Assembly (NCBI GenBank): GCA_031285625.1
Contig: JAITVV010000043.1
Location: forward strand, 32,001-96,000
Origin: Prevotella sp.
GTDB taxonomy: Bacteria > Bacteroidota > Bacteroidia > Bacteroidales > Dysgonomonadaceae
Length of the DNA: 64,000 nucleotides
Reading direction: 5' to 3'
Shown in pieces: positions 29,152 to 39,000 of this stretch. Both the position numbers and the translations under genes were made by a program. The first letter of the stretch is position 1. Every line of letters starts with the position of its first letter. The notes below the pieces were generated by a model. That model saw only the letters and a program-made list of their open reading frames with translations, had not been told where the DNA came from and ran no database searches.

Positions 29152-29862
29152 TTAAGGATTTAAGACTTTTCTTACTTTATCATAAACAGGAACCAGATTA
29201 ACTGTATCTTCTGTCAGGCAATATTCTACTGAGTCTTGCAGATTATTTGCTTCCAAACGCTTGATATGTTCGGTACGATTAATATAACTACGGATATTAG
29301 GTAAGGCCTCCGCCCACACAGACAGAGCTACCTGTACAGCATCTGAGGCAACAGAGTAACCTCTTTCAATCAGTCTTGCAGCCAGCGCCCCTCCAAAAAG
29401 TGTATCCTCAATATTGAAACGATTATTCCATCCGGCGCAAAGTATCATTACATCTTTTTGTTTCTTAATACAAAAATCAGTTAATGCACTTATGTTAGAG
29501 AAAGCACCGATGGTAAGAATGTCTGCCCCGCTTGCAGCATCAATAGCCTGAGTACCGTTCGTGGTTGTGAATACAACTTCTTTACCTTCTATCTTTTCTT
29601 TTGTATAATCAAATGGAGAATTTCCAAAATCAGCGAAATCACACCGTTTCACATTCCGTTCTGCACCCACCAGATACCCTTTAGCTTTGTAAGCCTCAGC
29701 CTCCTCAATTGAAGCTACAGGAATAATACATTCAGCTCCATTATTCAAGGCAGCACACATAGTGGTAGTGGCTCTGAAAACATCTACGACCACAACTATA
29801 TAGTCATTACTGTCAGCATAATAAGGATATAAAGCGGGAGAAAAACAAATATCTACTTTCAT
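29152..29862 (-). CDS. comB: 2-phosphosulfolactate phosphatase family protein
   Basis: VVDVFRATTT, GAER, GNSP, TTTNGT, EDTL. Confidence 0.88.
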   Translation of the reverse strand: MKVDICFSPALYPYYADSNDYIVVVVDVFRATTTMCAALNNGAECIIPVASIEEAEAYKAKGYLVGAERNVKRCDFADFGNSPFDYTKEKIEGKEVVFTTTNGTQAIDAASGADILTIGAFSNISALTDFCIKKQKDVMILCAGWNNRFNIEDTLFGGALAARLIERGYSVASDAVQVALSVWAEALPNIRSYINRTEHIKRLEANNLQDSVEYCLTEDTVNLVPVYDKVRKVLNP

Positions 29863-29864
29863 AT

Positions 29865-30659
29865 TTATAGTGCAGCTTTTATTCTCACCAGTTTTTCCAT
29901 CAGGCCTTCAAGCTGATCGAGCGGAAGCATATTAGCCCCATCAGATAATGCATTGGCTGGATCAAAGTGTGTCTCAATGAATAATCCATCTACACCTGTA
30001 GCTATGCCAGCCTTACACATTGTTTCTATCAGCTTGGGCTGTCCACCGGTAACACCTGATGCCTGATTTGGCTTTTGCAAACAATGAGTAGCATCCAAGA
30101 CTACCGGAAAACCAAATTCTTTCATTTCAGGTATTCCCCGAAAGTCAACCACAAGATCGGAATACCCGAATGATGTACCTCTGTCTGTTATAATAACATT
30201 ATTATTTCCTGAATCTACTACTTTCTGCGCGGCAAATTGCATTCCATTCGGCGCAAGAAACTGTCCTTTTTTGATATTTACGATCTTTCCAGTTTTAGCA
30301 GCAGCAATTAACAGATCCGTCTGACGACATAAAAATGCAGGAATTTGTAATACATCGACATATTCGGCTGCCATAAGGGCATCATGAGTTTCGTGTATGT
30401 CCGTCACTGTAGGGATACCAAATGTTTCGCCTACTTTACGAAGTATTTTCAATGCTTTTTCATCACCTATCCCTGTAAAGGAATCGACTCGTGAGCGATT
30501 TGCTTTCTTGTATGAACCCTTAAAAACATAAGGAATATTTAATCTATCGGTGATAGTCTTAACTTTTTCGGCAATACGAAGTGCCATCTCTTCCCCCTCT
30601 ATAACACAAGGTCCCGCAAGCAAGAAGAAATTATCATTTTTCAAGTCTGTTATATTCAT
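29865..30659 (-). CDS. kdsA: KDO 8-phosphate synthase
   Basis: AGPCVIE, KANRS, QIPAFLCRQTD, NIKKGQF, DATH, SDG; TATCTTTG promoter motif 30689-30696. Confidence 0.95.
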   Translation of the reverse strand: MNITDLKNDNFFLLAGPCVIEGEEMALRIAEKVKTITDRLNIPYVFKGSYKKANRSRVDSFTGIGDEKALKILRKVGETFGIPTVTDIHETHDALMAAEYVDVLQIPAFLCRQTDLLIAAAKTGKIVNIKKGQFLAPNGMQFAAQKVVDSGNNNVIITDRGTSFGYSDLVVDFRGIPEMKEFGFPVVLDATHCLQKPNQASGVTGGQPKLIETMCKAGIATGVDGLFIETHFDPANALSDGANMLPLDQLEGLMEKLVRIKAAL

Positions 30660-30733
30660 TTCAATTATATATTTTACTTACTATTCTTCAAAGATACAAA
30701 TATTGAGCCATAGTGAGATGAACAGAATAATAT

Positions 30734-30778
30734 TTACAATAAAAAAACCGACTAAATTAGCCGGCTTTTTTATTGTAA
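30734..30778 (-). terminator. Rho-independent terminator
   Basis: TTACAATAAAAAAACCGACT-loop-AGCCGGCTTTTTTATTGTAA. Confidence 0.75.
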
Positions 30779-30786
30779 GGTTTCTC

Positions 30787-33318
30787 TTAATTAATCGTAA
30801 TATCTTTAAATACAGCATTACATAATTTGTTTCCGTTATGAGACGTGACAGCCATACCGGCATATACCTTATCGGACATAAATATTATTTGAGAAGAACC
30901 GATTTGTGTCCATTGGGAATTATCTGTTGAGTAATAGGCAGTAAATAAACTACCCGACTTCTTAATTCGTACCCACACATTATTATTCTGAACCGAAGCC
31001 ACTGTAGCTGAAGTGCCCCATCCGTCTATACTTCTTCTCTGAAATGTAACCTTCGATGATGGAGTAATTGCTACCATTACATTTTTAGAATTTACATTTA
31101 GACCCGAACGAATCATAAGACCTGCTTTTGCCCAATCATTTGTATTATCCAAGCCTACGACCTTAGCTGTAATTGTCATATTTCCGGACAACTGCTGATA
31201 GGTAAAATTAAACTGATCGCTCGAACCTTCAATATCTGTTCCGGAACCAGCTATTTGATACTGCTTTAGTTCCGTATTAAACGAAGAAGTTCCAGCTATA
31301 TTAACACTTCCTACATCCAGTTTTTTCCAAGGAGCAAGCGTTGACTTGAATTTCTTAACAGTAACATCACTAAATACAGCTTTTGTTGCCTGATTTACAT
31401 CATGGGATGTAACAGCCATTCCTATATAAAATTTATCAGATATATCTACCGTCTGATCAAGACCTATTTGTATCCAGTTTTTATTATCGGTAGAGTAAAA
31501 AGCACTAAAACTATCATTCTCCTTACGAACCTTGAGCCAAACCGGAGCTTTTATATTATTTGCCAATTTAGCTGATGTGCCTCCACCATTAGTTGTTCTA
31601 TACTGAAATGAAACTCCATTTGATGGTGTCATAGCAACCATAGCATTACTTGAGTTATTTACTAAAGAAGAACGGATCATAAGTCCTGCCTTAGTCCATG
31701 CATTAATTGCGTCCACACTATTTATTTTTGCAGAGAACTCTACATCGCCTTCCAGCTCCTGATATACATAACGGAATTCATCTTTTGTGCCCTCAATATC
31801 GGCACCTGCAGCTTCGATACTGAACTGAGATGTTGTTGCATCATAACTGGATTTACTATCAACAAGGAGTTTACCTATATCGCTTCTCATCCATGGCTCC
31901 GGCCAGATATTAGCAGGATTTTCAGATGCTTTAACGCGTATCACAACAGAAGCATGAGGTCTCAAAGCAATATTAAACGATTTCATATCACCTAATTCTT
32001 CATGCGTCCACAAATCTCTCACCGAACCATATCCTGTTATACCTAAAGATGAGAAATCGATACTTCTATTTTGTGTTTCATTTTCACGATTAAATAATCC
32101 GATAACCCAATCTCCGTTACTCATCTGACCTTTCCATATTTGGCTATCTTTAGATTTAGGATCATTAGATAATGGCTTACCTACAAACCCGTCTTCATTA
32201 AGAGCCAGCATTTCGCGATTCTGATATAACCAAAGATTTTTTCCTATAGTAGATTTGCGGTCAGTGATAGAAACCGGGCCACCAGCCATTAAGTGCATTG
32301 AAATGACACTTCGCTTCTCGTCAATATCATTATCATTGCTATCGTATGTGTTAATACGAATAAAATCACCATCTAGTATTACTTTTCCTCGCCCTGATAT
32401 TTTGGAAAAATATGCAAAACCATCCATAGGGTTCCGATATTGTGACCATCCACTATGCTTTATACCCCGGTCCATTTCACTGAATCTATACCAGCCTCCA
32501 ACACCACAGTCTTCATTTATACGGATCATGTCACCATATTTAGCTTCCAATTCGCCATCATTTGTCAGATTTGGCATAACCAAACTCAAGAATATGCCGT
32601 GTTTATCACATTCCTCACGCATCCAGCGAAGAGCTGTTTCATAATGTGCACGCGGGCGATTTGTAATACCTACAATCTCGCCTTTATCAATTCCTGTCTC
32701 ATACCAGCTAAGAAAATCGACCCGAAGATACTTTGTCCCCATCTGCGCAAAATGATCAATATATCCTTTTACATACTCCTCAGCACCGGGACGATCTACC
32801 TGTGCCCATGTAAAGTTCCTAGAATTTTCCTCTAAGTTAACAATATTGGACAGAGGAATATTGGTTCCCTTAATTACCACGCCGGAATCAGCAGCGGCCA
32901 TATTAACCCATAATGGATTAAAGTACATACCAAGTTCCATATCCTTATCTTTCAGGTAATTGCTCCACCATTCATAATCGTGCTCCCAATCCCTGGAATA
33001 TCCTGTCCTATAACCATACTCATTGTATTGATCCAAATCGCCCCAGCCATCAATAGCGACCATTTTGTATCCATAATCCCGTAGATTCTCAGCAACCCAA
33101 TCAATGTTTTCCTTCCATTCATCCTCAGGGATATGACTATCCCTGACAAAACATGCCTCATATACACTCCAGTATAGAGGTGCTTTGCGATTAGCTCGCG
33201 TTACACTCTTCAAAGTGGCTAATTCTCCTTTTTCAACATTCTCTTGTAATAAGATATCCTCCGAACAGGACATGAATAGACATAATAATACCAATAGTAG
33301 ACTTTTTAATTTTGTCAT
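30787..33318 (-). CDS. GH27-like glycoside hydrolase lipoprotein with two tandem ConA/DUF1349-like domains
   Basis: Lipobox FMSC; PLYWSVYE, AIDGWG, LRVDFLSWYE, MIRINED, LDGD, GLFNRE...RDLW; two C-terminal repeats each with KAGLMIRS and GMAVTSH. Confidence 0.7.
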   Translation of the reverse strand: MTKLKSLLLVLLCLFMSCSEDILLQENVEKGELATLKSVTRANRKAPLYWSVYEACFVRDSHIPEDEWKENIDWVAENLRDYGYKMVAIDGWGDLDQYNEYGYRTGYSRDWEHDYEWWSNYLKDKDMELGMYFNPLWVNMAAADSGVVIKGTNIPLSNIVNLEENSRNFTWAQVDRPGAEEYVKGYIDHFAQMGTKYLRVDFLSWYETGIDKGEIVGITNRPRAHYETALRWMREECDKHGIFLSLVMPNLTNDGELEAKYGDMIRINEDCGVGGWYRFSEMDRGIKHSGWSQYRNPMDGFAYFSKISGRGKVILDGDFIRINTYDSNDNDIDEKRSVISMHLMAGGPVSITDRKSTIGKNLWLYQNREMLALNEDGFVGKPLSNDPKSKDSQIWKGQMSNGDWVIGLFNRENETQNRSIDFSSLGITGYGSVRDLWTHEELGDMKSFNIALRPHASVVIRVKASENPANIWPEPWMRSDIGKLLVDSKSSYDATTSQFSIEAAGADIEGTKDEFRYVYQELEGDVEFSAKINSVDAINAWTKAGLMIRSSLVNNSSNAMVAMTPSNGVSFQYRTTNGGGTSAKLANNIKAPVWLKVRKENDSFSAFYSTDNKNWIQIGLDQTVDISDKFYIGMAVTSHDVNQATKAVFSDVTVKKFKSTLAPWKKLDVGSVNIAGTSSFNTELKQYQIAGSGTDIEGSSDQFNFTYQQLSGNMTITAKVVGLDNTNDWAKAGLMIRSGLNVNSKNVMVAITPSSKVTFQRRSIDGWGTSATVASVQNNNVWVRIKKSGSLFTAYYSTDNSQWTQIGSSQIIFMSDKVYAGMAVTSHNGNKLCNAVFKDITIN

Positions 33319-33508
33319 GTTGTCTTTAATTTTGTTTGTGAAGTAATGACAAAGAAAAGAAAATTAACTTAATTAACCAAAATAATGTGAAAAAGTTATC
33401 AGTTTGTAAGCTCAACCCAACTACTGAAAATAAAAATCAGGGATAAAAATATATCTGTTTCGAATCAAATTCTTATATTTATTGTTATATAAGAAAAACA
33501 GAAAAACT

Positions 33509-34840
33509 ATGGCAAGAACCAAAAAGAAGAACTTTGTATTAGATACAAACGTAATACTACACGATTTCAGATGTTTAGATAATTTTGAAGAGAATGATAT
33601 ATATATTCCCATTGTGGTGCTGGAAGAACTGGATAAGTTCAAAAAAGGGAATGATCAGATAAATTACAATGCACGCGAATTCCTCAGACAACTGGATGCA
33701 ATAACAGATGACAATCTTTTCACCAAAGGTACAGCCCTGGGCAGTGGTATGGGTAATCTATTTATAGAAACCAGTATAAAGTCTCAAGACAGAATCACAG
33801 AAATATTCCCTGAACGCATACCCGACCATCGCATATTATCCGCTGTACTCGATATCTCAGAGCGGAACAGTAAGTCAAAGACTATATTGGTAACAAAAGA
33901 TATCAACCTGCGGATGAAAGCTCGTGCAATAGGGCTTTTAGCTGAAGATTATATCAACGATAAAGTTGCCGATGTCTTTATGTTTGAGAGACAGCATGCA
34001 ACATTCAGAGATATTGACTCAGCATTGATAGATAATCTGTATGCCAATGTAGAGGGCGTTGATCTGGATGAATTTAACCTTGACTCTCCTGTTAGTGCTA
34101 ATGAATGCTTTGTAATGAAGAATGGAAAAAAGAGTGTCTTAGCCAGATATAATCCTTTTACACGAAAAATAAAAAAAATAGATAAGCAGGTTTGTTATGG
34201 TATACAACCCCGGAATGCGGAACAGACATTTGCTATCGAAATATTAATGAACCCGGAGATAAAGCTTGTAGCACTCACAGGTAAGGCCGGTACAGGAAAA
34301 ACGTTATTAGCTTTGGCTTCCGCATTAAAGCAAAGTGAGAATTTCGAACAAATTTTATTGGCTCGTCCCATTGTCTCACTAAGTAATAAAGAGCTGGGCT
34401 TCTTACCTGGCGATGAAAAGCAAAAAATAGCTCCCTATATGCAACCCCTGTTCGACAACCTTTCTGTAATAAAAAATCATATTCCTTATGGGGGAACCGA
34501 ATATAAGAATATCGAAGAAATGCAGACCAGTAAAAAACTGGAAATAGAAGCTCTTGCATATATACGTGGACGAAGTTTATCAGAGATGATCTGTATAATC
34601 GACGAAGCGCAGAACCTGACTCCCCATGAAATAAAAACAATTATTACACGCGCCGGGGAAGGGACCAAGATGATCTTTACAGGTGACTTGCAACAGATAG
34701 ATTCACCCTATCTGGATGCTCAATCGAACGGATTAGCTTATATGATAGACAAGATGACCGGGCAGGACTTATTTGCTCATGTAAATTTAGTGAAAGGGGA
34801 ACGAAGCAAATTATCGGAAATAGCAAGTACATTATTATAA
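33509..34840 (+). CDS. PIN-PhoH (PhoH2) family protein
   Basis: FVLDTNVILHD PIN domain; GKAGTGKT, LGFLPG, IRGRSL, IDEAQN, GDLQQID. Confidence 0.92.
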   Translation: MARTKKKNFVLDTNVILHDFRCLDNFEENDIYIPIVVLEELDKFKKGNDQINYNAREFLRQLDAITDDNLFTKGTALGSGMGNLFIETSIKSQDRITEIFPERIPDHRILSAVLDISERNSKSKTILVTKDINLRMKARAIGLLAEDYINDKVADVFMFERQHATFRDIDSALIDNLYANVEGVDLDEFNLDSPVSANECFVMKNGKKSVLARYNPFTRKIKKIDKQVCYGIQPRNAEQTFAIEILMNPEIKLVALTGKAGTGKTLLALASALKQSENFEQILLARPIVSLSNKELGFLPGDEKQKIAPYMQPLFDNLSVIKNHIPYGGTEYKNIEEMQTSKKLEIEALAYIRGRSLSEMICIIDEAQNLTPHEIKTIITRAGEGTKMIFTGDLQQIDSPYLDAQSNGLAYMIDKMTGQDLFAHVNLVKGERSKLSEIASTLL

Positions 34841-34929
34841 TATAAGAGGTTCGAAGTTCAATTTATTTTATTTATTAATTAAGTTTGAGGAGAATAATTT
34901 ATTAATTTTATTTTTCAAAGAAACTAATA

Positions 34930-36036
34930 ATGAATAAACGATATTTGAAGTACTATACTTTCGTTGCGGTTATATGTATGTTTTTGCAATCTGTTTTTGC
35001 GCAAAATACATCTGAAGATAATACCAAATGGAGAAAAGGAATTATTACCGACGAATTTATATATGAATCCTCCAGCTTCCCCTCTGTTCATGCTGCTACT
35101 ATTGTAGAGACTCCGTCAGGACTTATTTCTGCATTTTTTGGAGGGAAATATGAAGGGCATCCCGAGGTCAGTATTTACGTTTCACGTCACACACCTAGAG
35201 GATGGACGTCTCCCGTGATAGTTGCAGATGGAATTGTAAATGATACCCTACGAAAAGCTTGTTATAATCCGGTATTATTTCAATATCCCGATGGCGAACT
35301 TATTTTATTTTATAAAATTGGAAAGAATGTTCAGGACTGGACAGGTCATCTGATTCGCTCTTTCGATGATGGACAGACATGGACAAAACCGGAAGCCTTG
35401 CCTATGGGATTTCTTGGGCCCATAAAAAATAAGCCGGAGCTGATTGGTAATAAGTTGATATGCGCATCCAGTACCGAAAATGATGGTTGGCAGGTACATA
35501 TGGAATTTACCGAAGACAGGGGTAAGACATGGAGAAAAACATCTCCAATAAACAGTAAACCATGGAACATAATCCAACCGAGCATACTAAAGTGGAATGA
35601 TGCCACATTACAGATTGTCTGCCGCTCACAAAATGAACATATTATATCTGCATTCTCAAAAGATGAAGGGAAAACATGGAGCGACCCCGTAGCACTCTAC
35701 TTACCCAACAACAACTCGGGAACAGATGCTGTAACACTCAGGGATGGCCGTCAATTAATAGTTTATAACCATGTAGCAGCTACCGAAAGCGCCTATAAAG
35801 ATAAAGCCCGCACTCCACTCAATGTATCTCTATCCAATGATGGCATCACTTGGAAAGCAAGCCTTGTGCTTGAAGACTCTCCTATAAAAGAATATTCATA
35901 CCCCTCTGTAATACAGGGTAAAGACGGCATGATACATATAGTATATACATGGCGCAGAGAAAGAGTGAAATACATAAAAATCGACCCGTCTTTACTAATT
36001 ACTGAAGAAATAAAGGATGGGCAGTGGCCGGATTAA
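34930..36036 (+). CDS. BNR-repeat sialidase-family (GH33-like) protein
   Basis: Asp-box repeats SFDDGQTW, TEDRGKTW, SKDEGKTW, SNDGITW; YSYP; signal peptide. Confidence 0.82.
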   Translation: MNKRYLKYYTFVAVICMFLQSVFAQNTSEDNTKWRKGIITDEFIYESSSFPSVHAATIVETPSGLISAFFGGKYEGHPEVSIYVSRHTPRGWTSPVIVADGIVNDTLRKACYNPVLFQYPDGELILFYKIGKNVQDWTGHLIRSFDDGQTWTKPEALPMGFLGPIKNKPELIGNKLICASSTENDGWQVHMEFTEDRGKTWRKTSPINSKPWNIIQPSILKWNDATLQIVCRSQNEHIISAFSKDEGKTWSDPVALYLPNNNSGTDAVTLRDGRQLIVYNHVAATESAYKDKARTPLNVSLSNDGITWKASLVLEDSPIKEYSYPSVIQGKDGMIHIVYTWRRERVKYIKIDPSLLITEEIKDGQWPD

Positions 36037-36072
36037 TAAACCAATTTAATAAACACTCAAAAAAGATCAATT

Positions 36073-36531
36073 ATGAAGCAAATAGAAAAAATATCAGAAA
36101 ATAACAACTACACTGCAGCAAACATAGGAAATCTGAGTAAATTGATGGATTATTCTATGATCCACCCTAAAAATAAAAAGGAAGTCTTTGGTAAAGTCTT
36201 TCTGAAAGATGCAACCGGAGCCACAGGTACAGAAATATCATTTCAGGAACTTCCTCCGCAAACCGATTTATCCTATTTCCATATTCACAATGAAAATGAA
36301 GAAACTTATATCGTGCTAAAAGGGTCTGGAGATTTTCAGGTAGATGAAGACTGCTTTCCTATAACCGAAGGTAGTGTAATACGGGTTGCCCCACAGGGTA
36401 AACGCTCTTTACGAAATTCTTCGGATCAACCGATGGTTTATATGGTGATACAATCTAAGAAGGATTCATTAAATCAATATTCATCCGAAGATGGAGAAAG
36501 AGTCGAATACAAAGCTAAATGGGATAAGTAA
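36073..36531 (+). CDS. Cupin domain protein
   Basis: FHIHNENEETYIVLKGSG...EGSVIRVAP. Confidence 0.85.
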   Translation: MKQIEKISENNNYTAANIGNLSKLMDYSMIHPKNKKEVFGKVFLKDATGATGTEISFQELPPQTDLSYFHIHNENEETYIVLKGSGDFQVDEDCFPITEGSVIRVAPQGKRSLRNSSDQPMVYMVIQSKKDSLNQYSSEDGERVEYKAKWDK

Positions 36532-36609
36532 AAAATACATACAGAAACCTATCCAGAATAGAATAAATAATACATTTACATTTTTTCTAAATAAAAAAAT
36601 GATAAAATG

Positions 36610-36639
36610 TTTGCAATATTCAAAAAAGTATTACTTTTG
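36610..36639 (+). promoter_or_regulatory. Bacteroidetes sigma-A promoter (-33 TTTG / -7 TAnnTTTG) of the phe operon
   Basis: TTTG 36610-36613 and TACTTTTG 36632-36639. Confidence 0.7.
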
Positions 36640-36668
36640 TATCCATATTCAAAACGAAGAATATTAGA

Positions 36669-36725
36669 ATGAAGAACTTTTCTTATACATACTTTTTCTT
36701 TTTTTACTTTTACTTTAAAAGGTAA
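36669..36725 (+). CDS. Phe/Tyr-rich attenuator leader peptide MKNFSYTYFFFFYFYFKR
   Basis: 18 codons with 7 Phe and 4 Tyr, between promoter and terminator upstream of pheA. Confidence 0.85.
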   Translation: MKNFSYTYFFFFYFYFKR

Positions 36726-36778
36726 GACAGGATTTTGTATGAGAAAATTGGAATAAAATAAACAATATAAATATATAG

Positions 36779-36809
36779 AATCCTGTCAGGTATGACAGGA
36801 TTTTTTTTT
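36779..36809 (+). terminator. Attenuator terminator of the phe operon
   Basis: AATCCTGTCA-GGTA-TGACAGGATT + T tract; alternative pairing partner GACAGGATT at 36726-36734. Confidence 0.88.
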
Positions 36810-36834
36810 GATAATAAGTGAAAATAAGTTTAAT

Positions 36835-37677
36835 ATGAAAAGAGTTGCTATACAAGGGGGATTAGGCGCGTATCATGGGATAGCCGCAGAAAATTATTTC
36901 GGAGAAGAAGTAGAGATTGTTCCGTGCATTACTTTTCGCGACATTTTTACTACTATCAAAAAAGAACCGAATACCATCGGTATCATGGCTATAGAGAACA
37001 CAATAGCAGGCAGCCTTTTGGGTAACTATGAGCTGCTCAAAGAGAACAAATTACCGATTGCAGGAGAATACAAACAACGTATCTCACACTGTCTGGCCGC
37101 ACTACCGGGAAAAACTATCCACGATATCAAAGAAGTAGAGTCGCATCCGATTGCACTAATGCAGTGCACTCAGTTTTTAGATACACTTCCCGAAGTGAAA
37201 ATCATTGAGCATGAAGACACGGCTCTTGCTGCAAAAGATGTGGCTGAAAAGAATCTTTCGAACACAGCCGCCATATGTAGTACAAGAGCTGCCGAGATAT
37301 ACGGACTGAATATACTAGCGAGGGGAATTGAGACAAATAAGCACAATTTTACTCGCTTTCTTATTTTTGGTAATCCATGGGTAGTAGATGAGTTGCAAAA
37401 AGATGAAGTTTTAAATAAATCTTCTATCGTATTCACAACACCACATAGCGAGGGTAGTCTCTCTAAGGTGTTATCTGTATTTTCTTTCTATGGCATCAAC
37501 CTCACTAAGATACAATCACTCCCGATAATCGGTCGTGAATGGGAATATCAGTTTTATGTAGACCTTACATTTTCTGATCTGACCCGCTACAAGCAATCGC
37601 TACAGGCCATTCGTCCACTTACCAATGACCTGAAACTACTGGGAGAATATCCTGATGGCAAACAAAGCGAACTCTAA
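36835..37677 (+). CDS. pheA: Prephenate dehydratase with ACT domain
   Basis: VAIQGGLGAYH, AIENTIAG, SHPIALMQC, NFTRF, NLTKIQSLP. Confidence 0.93.
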   Translation: MKRVAIQGGLGAYHGIAAENYFGEEVEIVPCITFRDIFTTIKKEPNTIGIMAIENTIAGSLLGNYELLKENKLPIAGEYKQRISHCLAALPGKTIHDIKEVESHPIALMQCTQFLDTLPEVKIIEHEDTALAAKDVAEKNLSNTAAICSTRAAEIYGLNILARGIETNKHNFTRFLIFGNPWVVDELQKDEVLNKSSIVFTTPHSEGSLSKVLSVFSFYGINLTKIQSLPIIGREWEYQFYVDLTFSDLTRYKQSLQAIRPLTNDLKLLGEYPDGKQSEL

Positions 37678-37735
37678 AACAGTTATCAGTTAACAATAAA
37701 TAAATAAATGATTAATTTTCAAATCTTGAAATTTT

Positions 37736-38896
37736 ATGAATATAGTACCCGCTGACCGCCTGAATATAGTAAGCGAATATTACTTCTCAAAAAAACTCAG
37801 GGAAGTTGCTGAAATGAATGCAGCAGGAAAGAATGTTATTAGTCTTGGAGTTGGAAGTCCCGACCTCCCACCCTCTGAAGAAACGACCAAAGCTTTTTGT
37901 GAATCTGTTGTAAAAAGTAACGTACACGGATATCAGCCGCATGTAGGTATACCCGAACTACGCAAAGCCTTTGCCGATTGGTATAAAAGGACATATAATG
38001 TTGTATTAGATCCTGCAAAAGAGATACAACCATTGATCGGTTCAAAAGAAGGGATTCTACATATTTCCCTTGCTTTTCTAAATCCGGGCGATAGCGTATT
38101 AGTGCCCAATCCGGGTTATCCGACTTATAGTTCTGTCAGCAAACTTGTAGGAGCCAATATACAGACTTACGACCTAGATGAAAATAATAACTGGCAACCC
38201 GATTTCGATGCATTGGAAAAGATGGATCTGTCTAATGTGAAGCTTATGTGGATTAACTATCCGAATATGCCAACAGGAGCGAATGCTACAATAGAATTAT
38301 TTGAAAAAATAGTTGCATTCGGTAAAAAACATAATATTGTGATAGCTCATGACAACCCGTACAGTCTTATTCTGAATGAGAATCCACTTAGCATTCTCCA
38401 GGTGGAAGGAGCCAAAGATATCTGTATCGAATTAAATTCGATGAGCAAATCACACAATATGCCGGGATGGCGTATCGGGATGGTAGCATCGAATGCACAA
38501 TTTATACAATGGATACTAAAAGTGCTCAGCAATATAGAAAGTGGAATACTAAAACCAATGCAGCTAGCTGCTGTAGCCGCACTAAACAACTCGCAAGAAT
38601 GGCATAAAGAAAACAACATCAGATTATATGCCAACCGCCGCCGGTTTGCAGAAGAAATAATGAGTGAATTAGGCTGTACTTTCGACAAAAATCAATCCGG
38701 AATGTTCCTTTGGGGTAGGATACCCGATAAATATAAAGGTAGCGAAGAGCTGGCTGATAAAATATTATATGATGCAAAAGTATTCCTTACTCCGGGTTTC
38801 ATTTTTGGAGGCAAAGGGGAAAGGTATATACGTATTTCCTTATGTTGCAGTGAAGAGATGTTGAGAGATGCATTGGAAAGAATTAAGAAAATGTAA
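37736..38896 (+). CDS. Class I/II PLP-dependent aminotransferase
   Basis: LGVGSPD, GSKEG, NYPNMPTG, HDNPY, SMSKSHNMPGWRIG. Confidence 0.9.
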   Translation: MNIVPADRLNIVSEYYFSKKLREVAEMNAAGKNVISLGVGSPDLPPSEETTKAFCESVVKSNVHGYQPHVGIPELRKAFADWYKRTYNVVLDPAKEIQPLIGSKEGILHISLAFLNPGDSVLVPNPGYPTYSSVSKLVGANIQTYDLDENNNWQPDFDALEKMDLSNVKLMWINYPNMPTGANATIELFEKIVAFGKKHNIVIAHDNPYSLILNENPLSILQVEGAKDICIELNSMSKSHNMPGWRIGMVASNAQFIQWILKVLSNIESGILKPMQLAAVAALNNSQEWHKENNIRLYANRRRFAEEIMSELGCTFDKNQSGMFLWGRIPDKYKGSEELADKILYDAKVFLTPGFIFGGKGERYIRISLCCSEEMLRDALERIKKM

Positions 38897-38927
38897 ATTA
38901 TCTATTATAGGGTAATAAGTTATAAGT

Positions 38928-38988
38928 AAAAAGGTAACAGATAAAAACAGAGGAAAAGTTGTCACTTTTGTCACCTTTGTCACTTTTT
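38928..38988. repeat. 9-mer repeat element, copy D (opposite strand)
   Basis: AAAAAGGTAACA-N20-TGTCACTTTTGTCACCTTTGTCACTTTTT. Confidence 0.8.
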
Positions 38989-39000
38989 AGTAAAATATAG

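Noticed and set aside
29152-29862. comB as evidence of coenzyme M biosynthesis
   Set aside because: No comA/C/D/E nearby; orphan ComB homologues are common in bacteria
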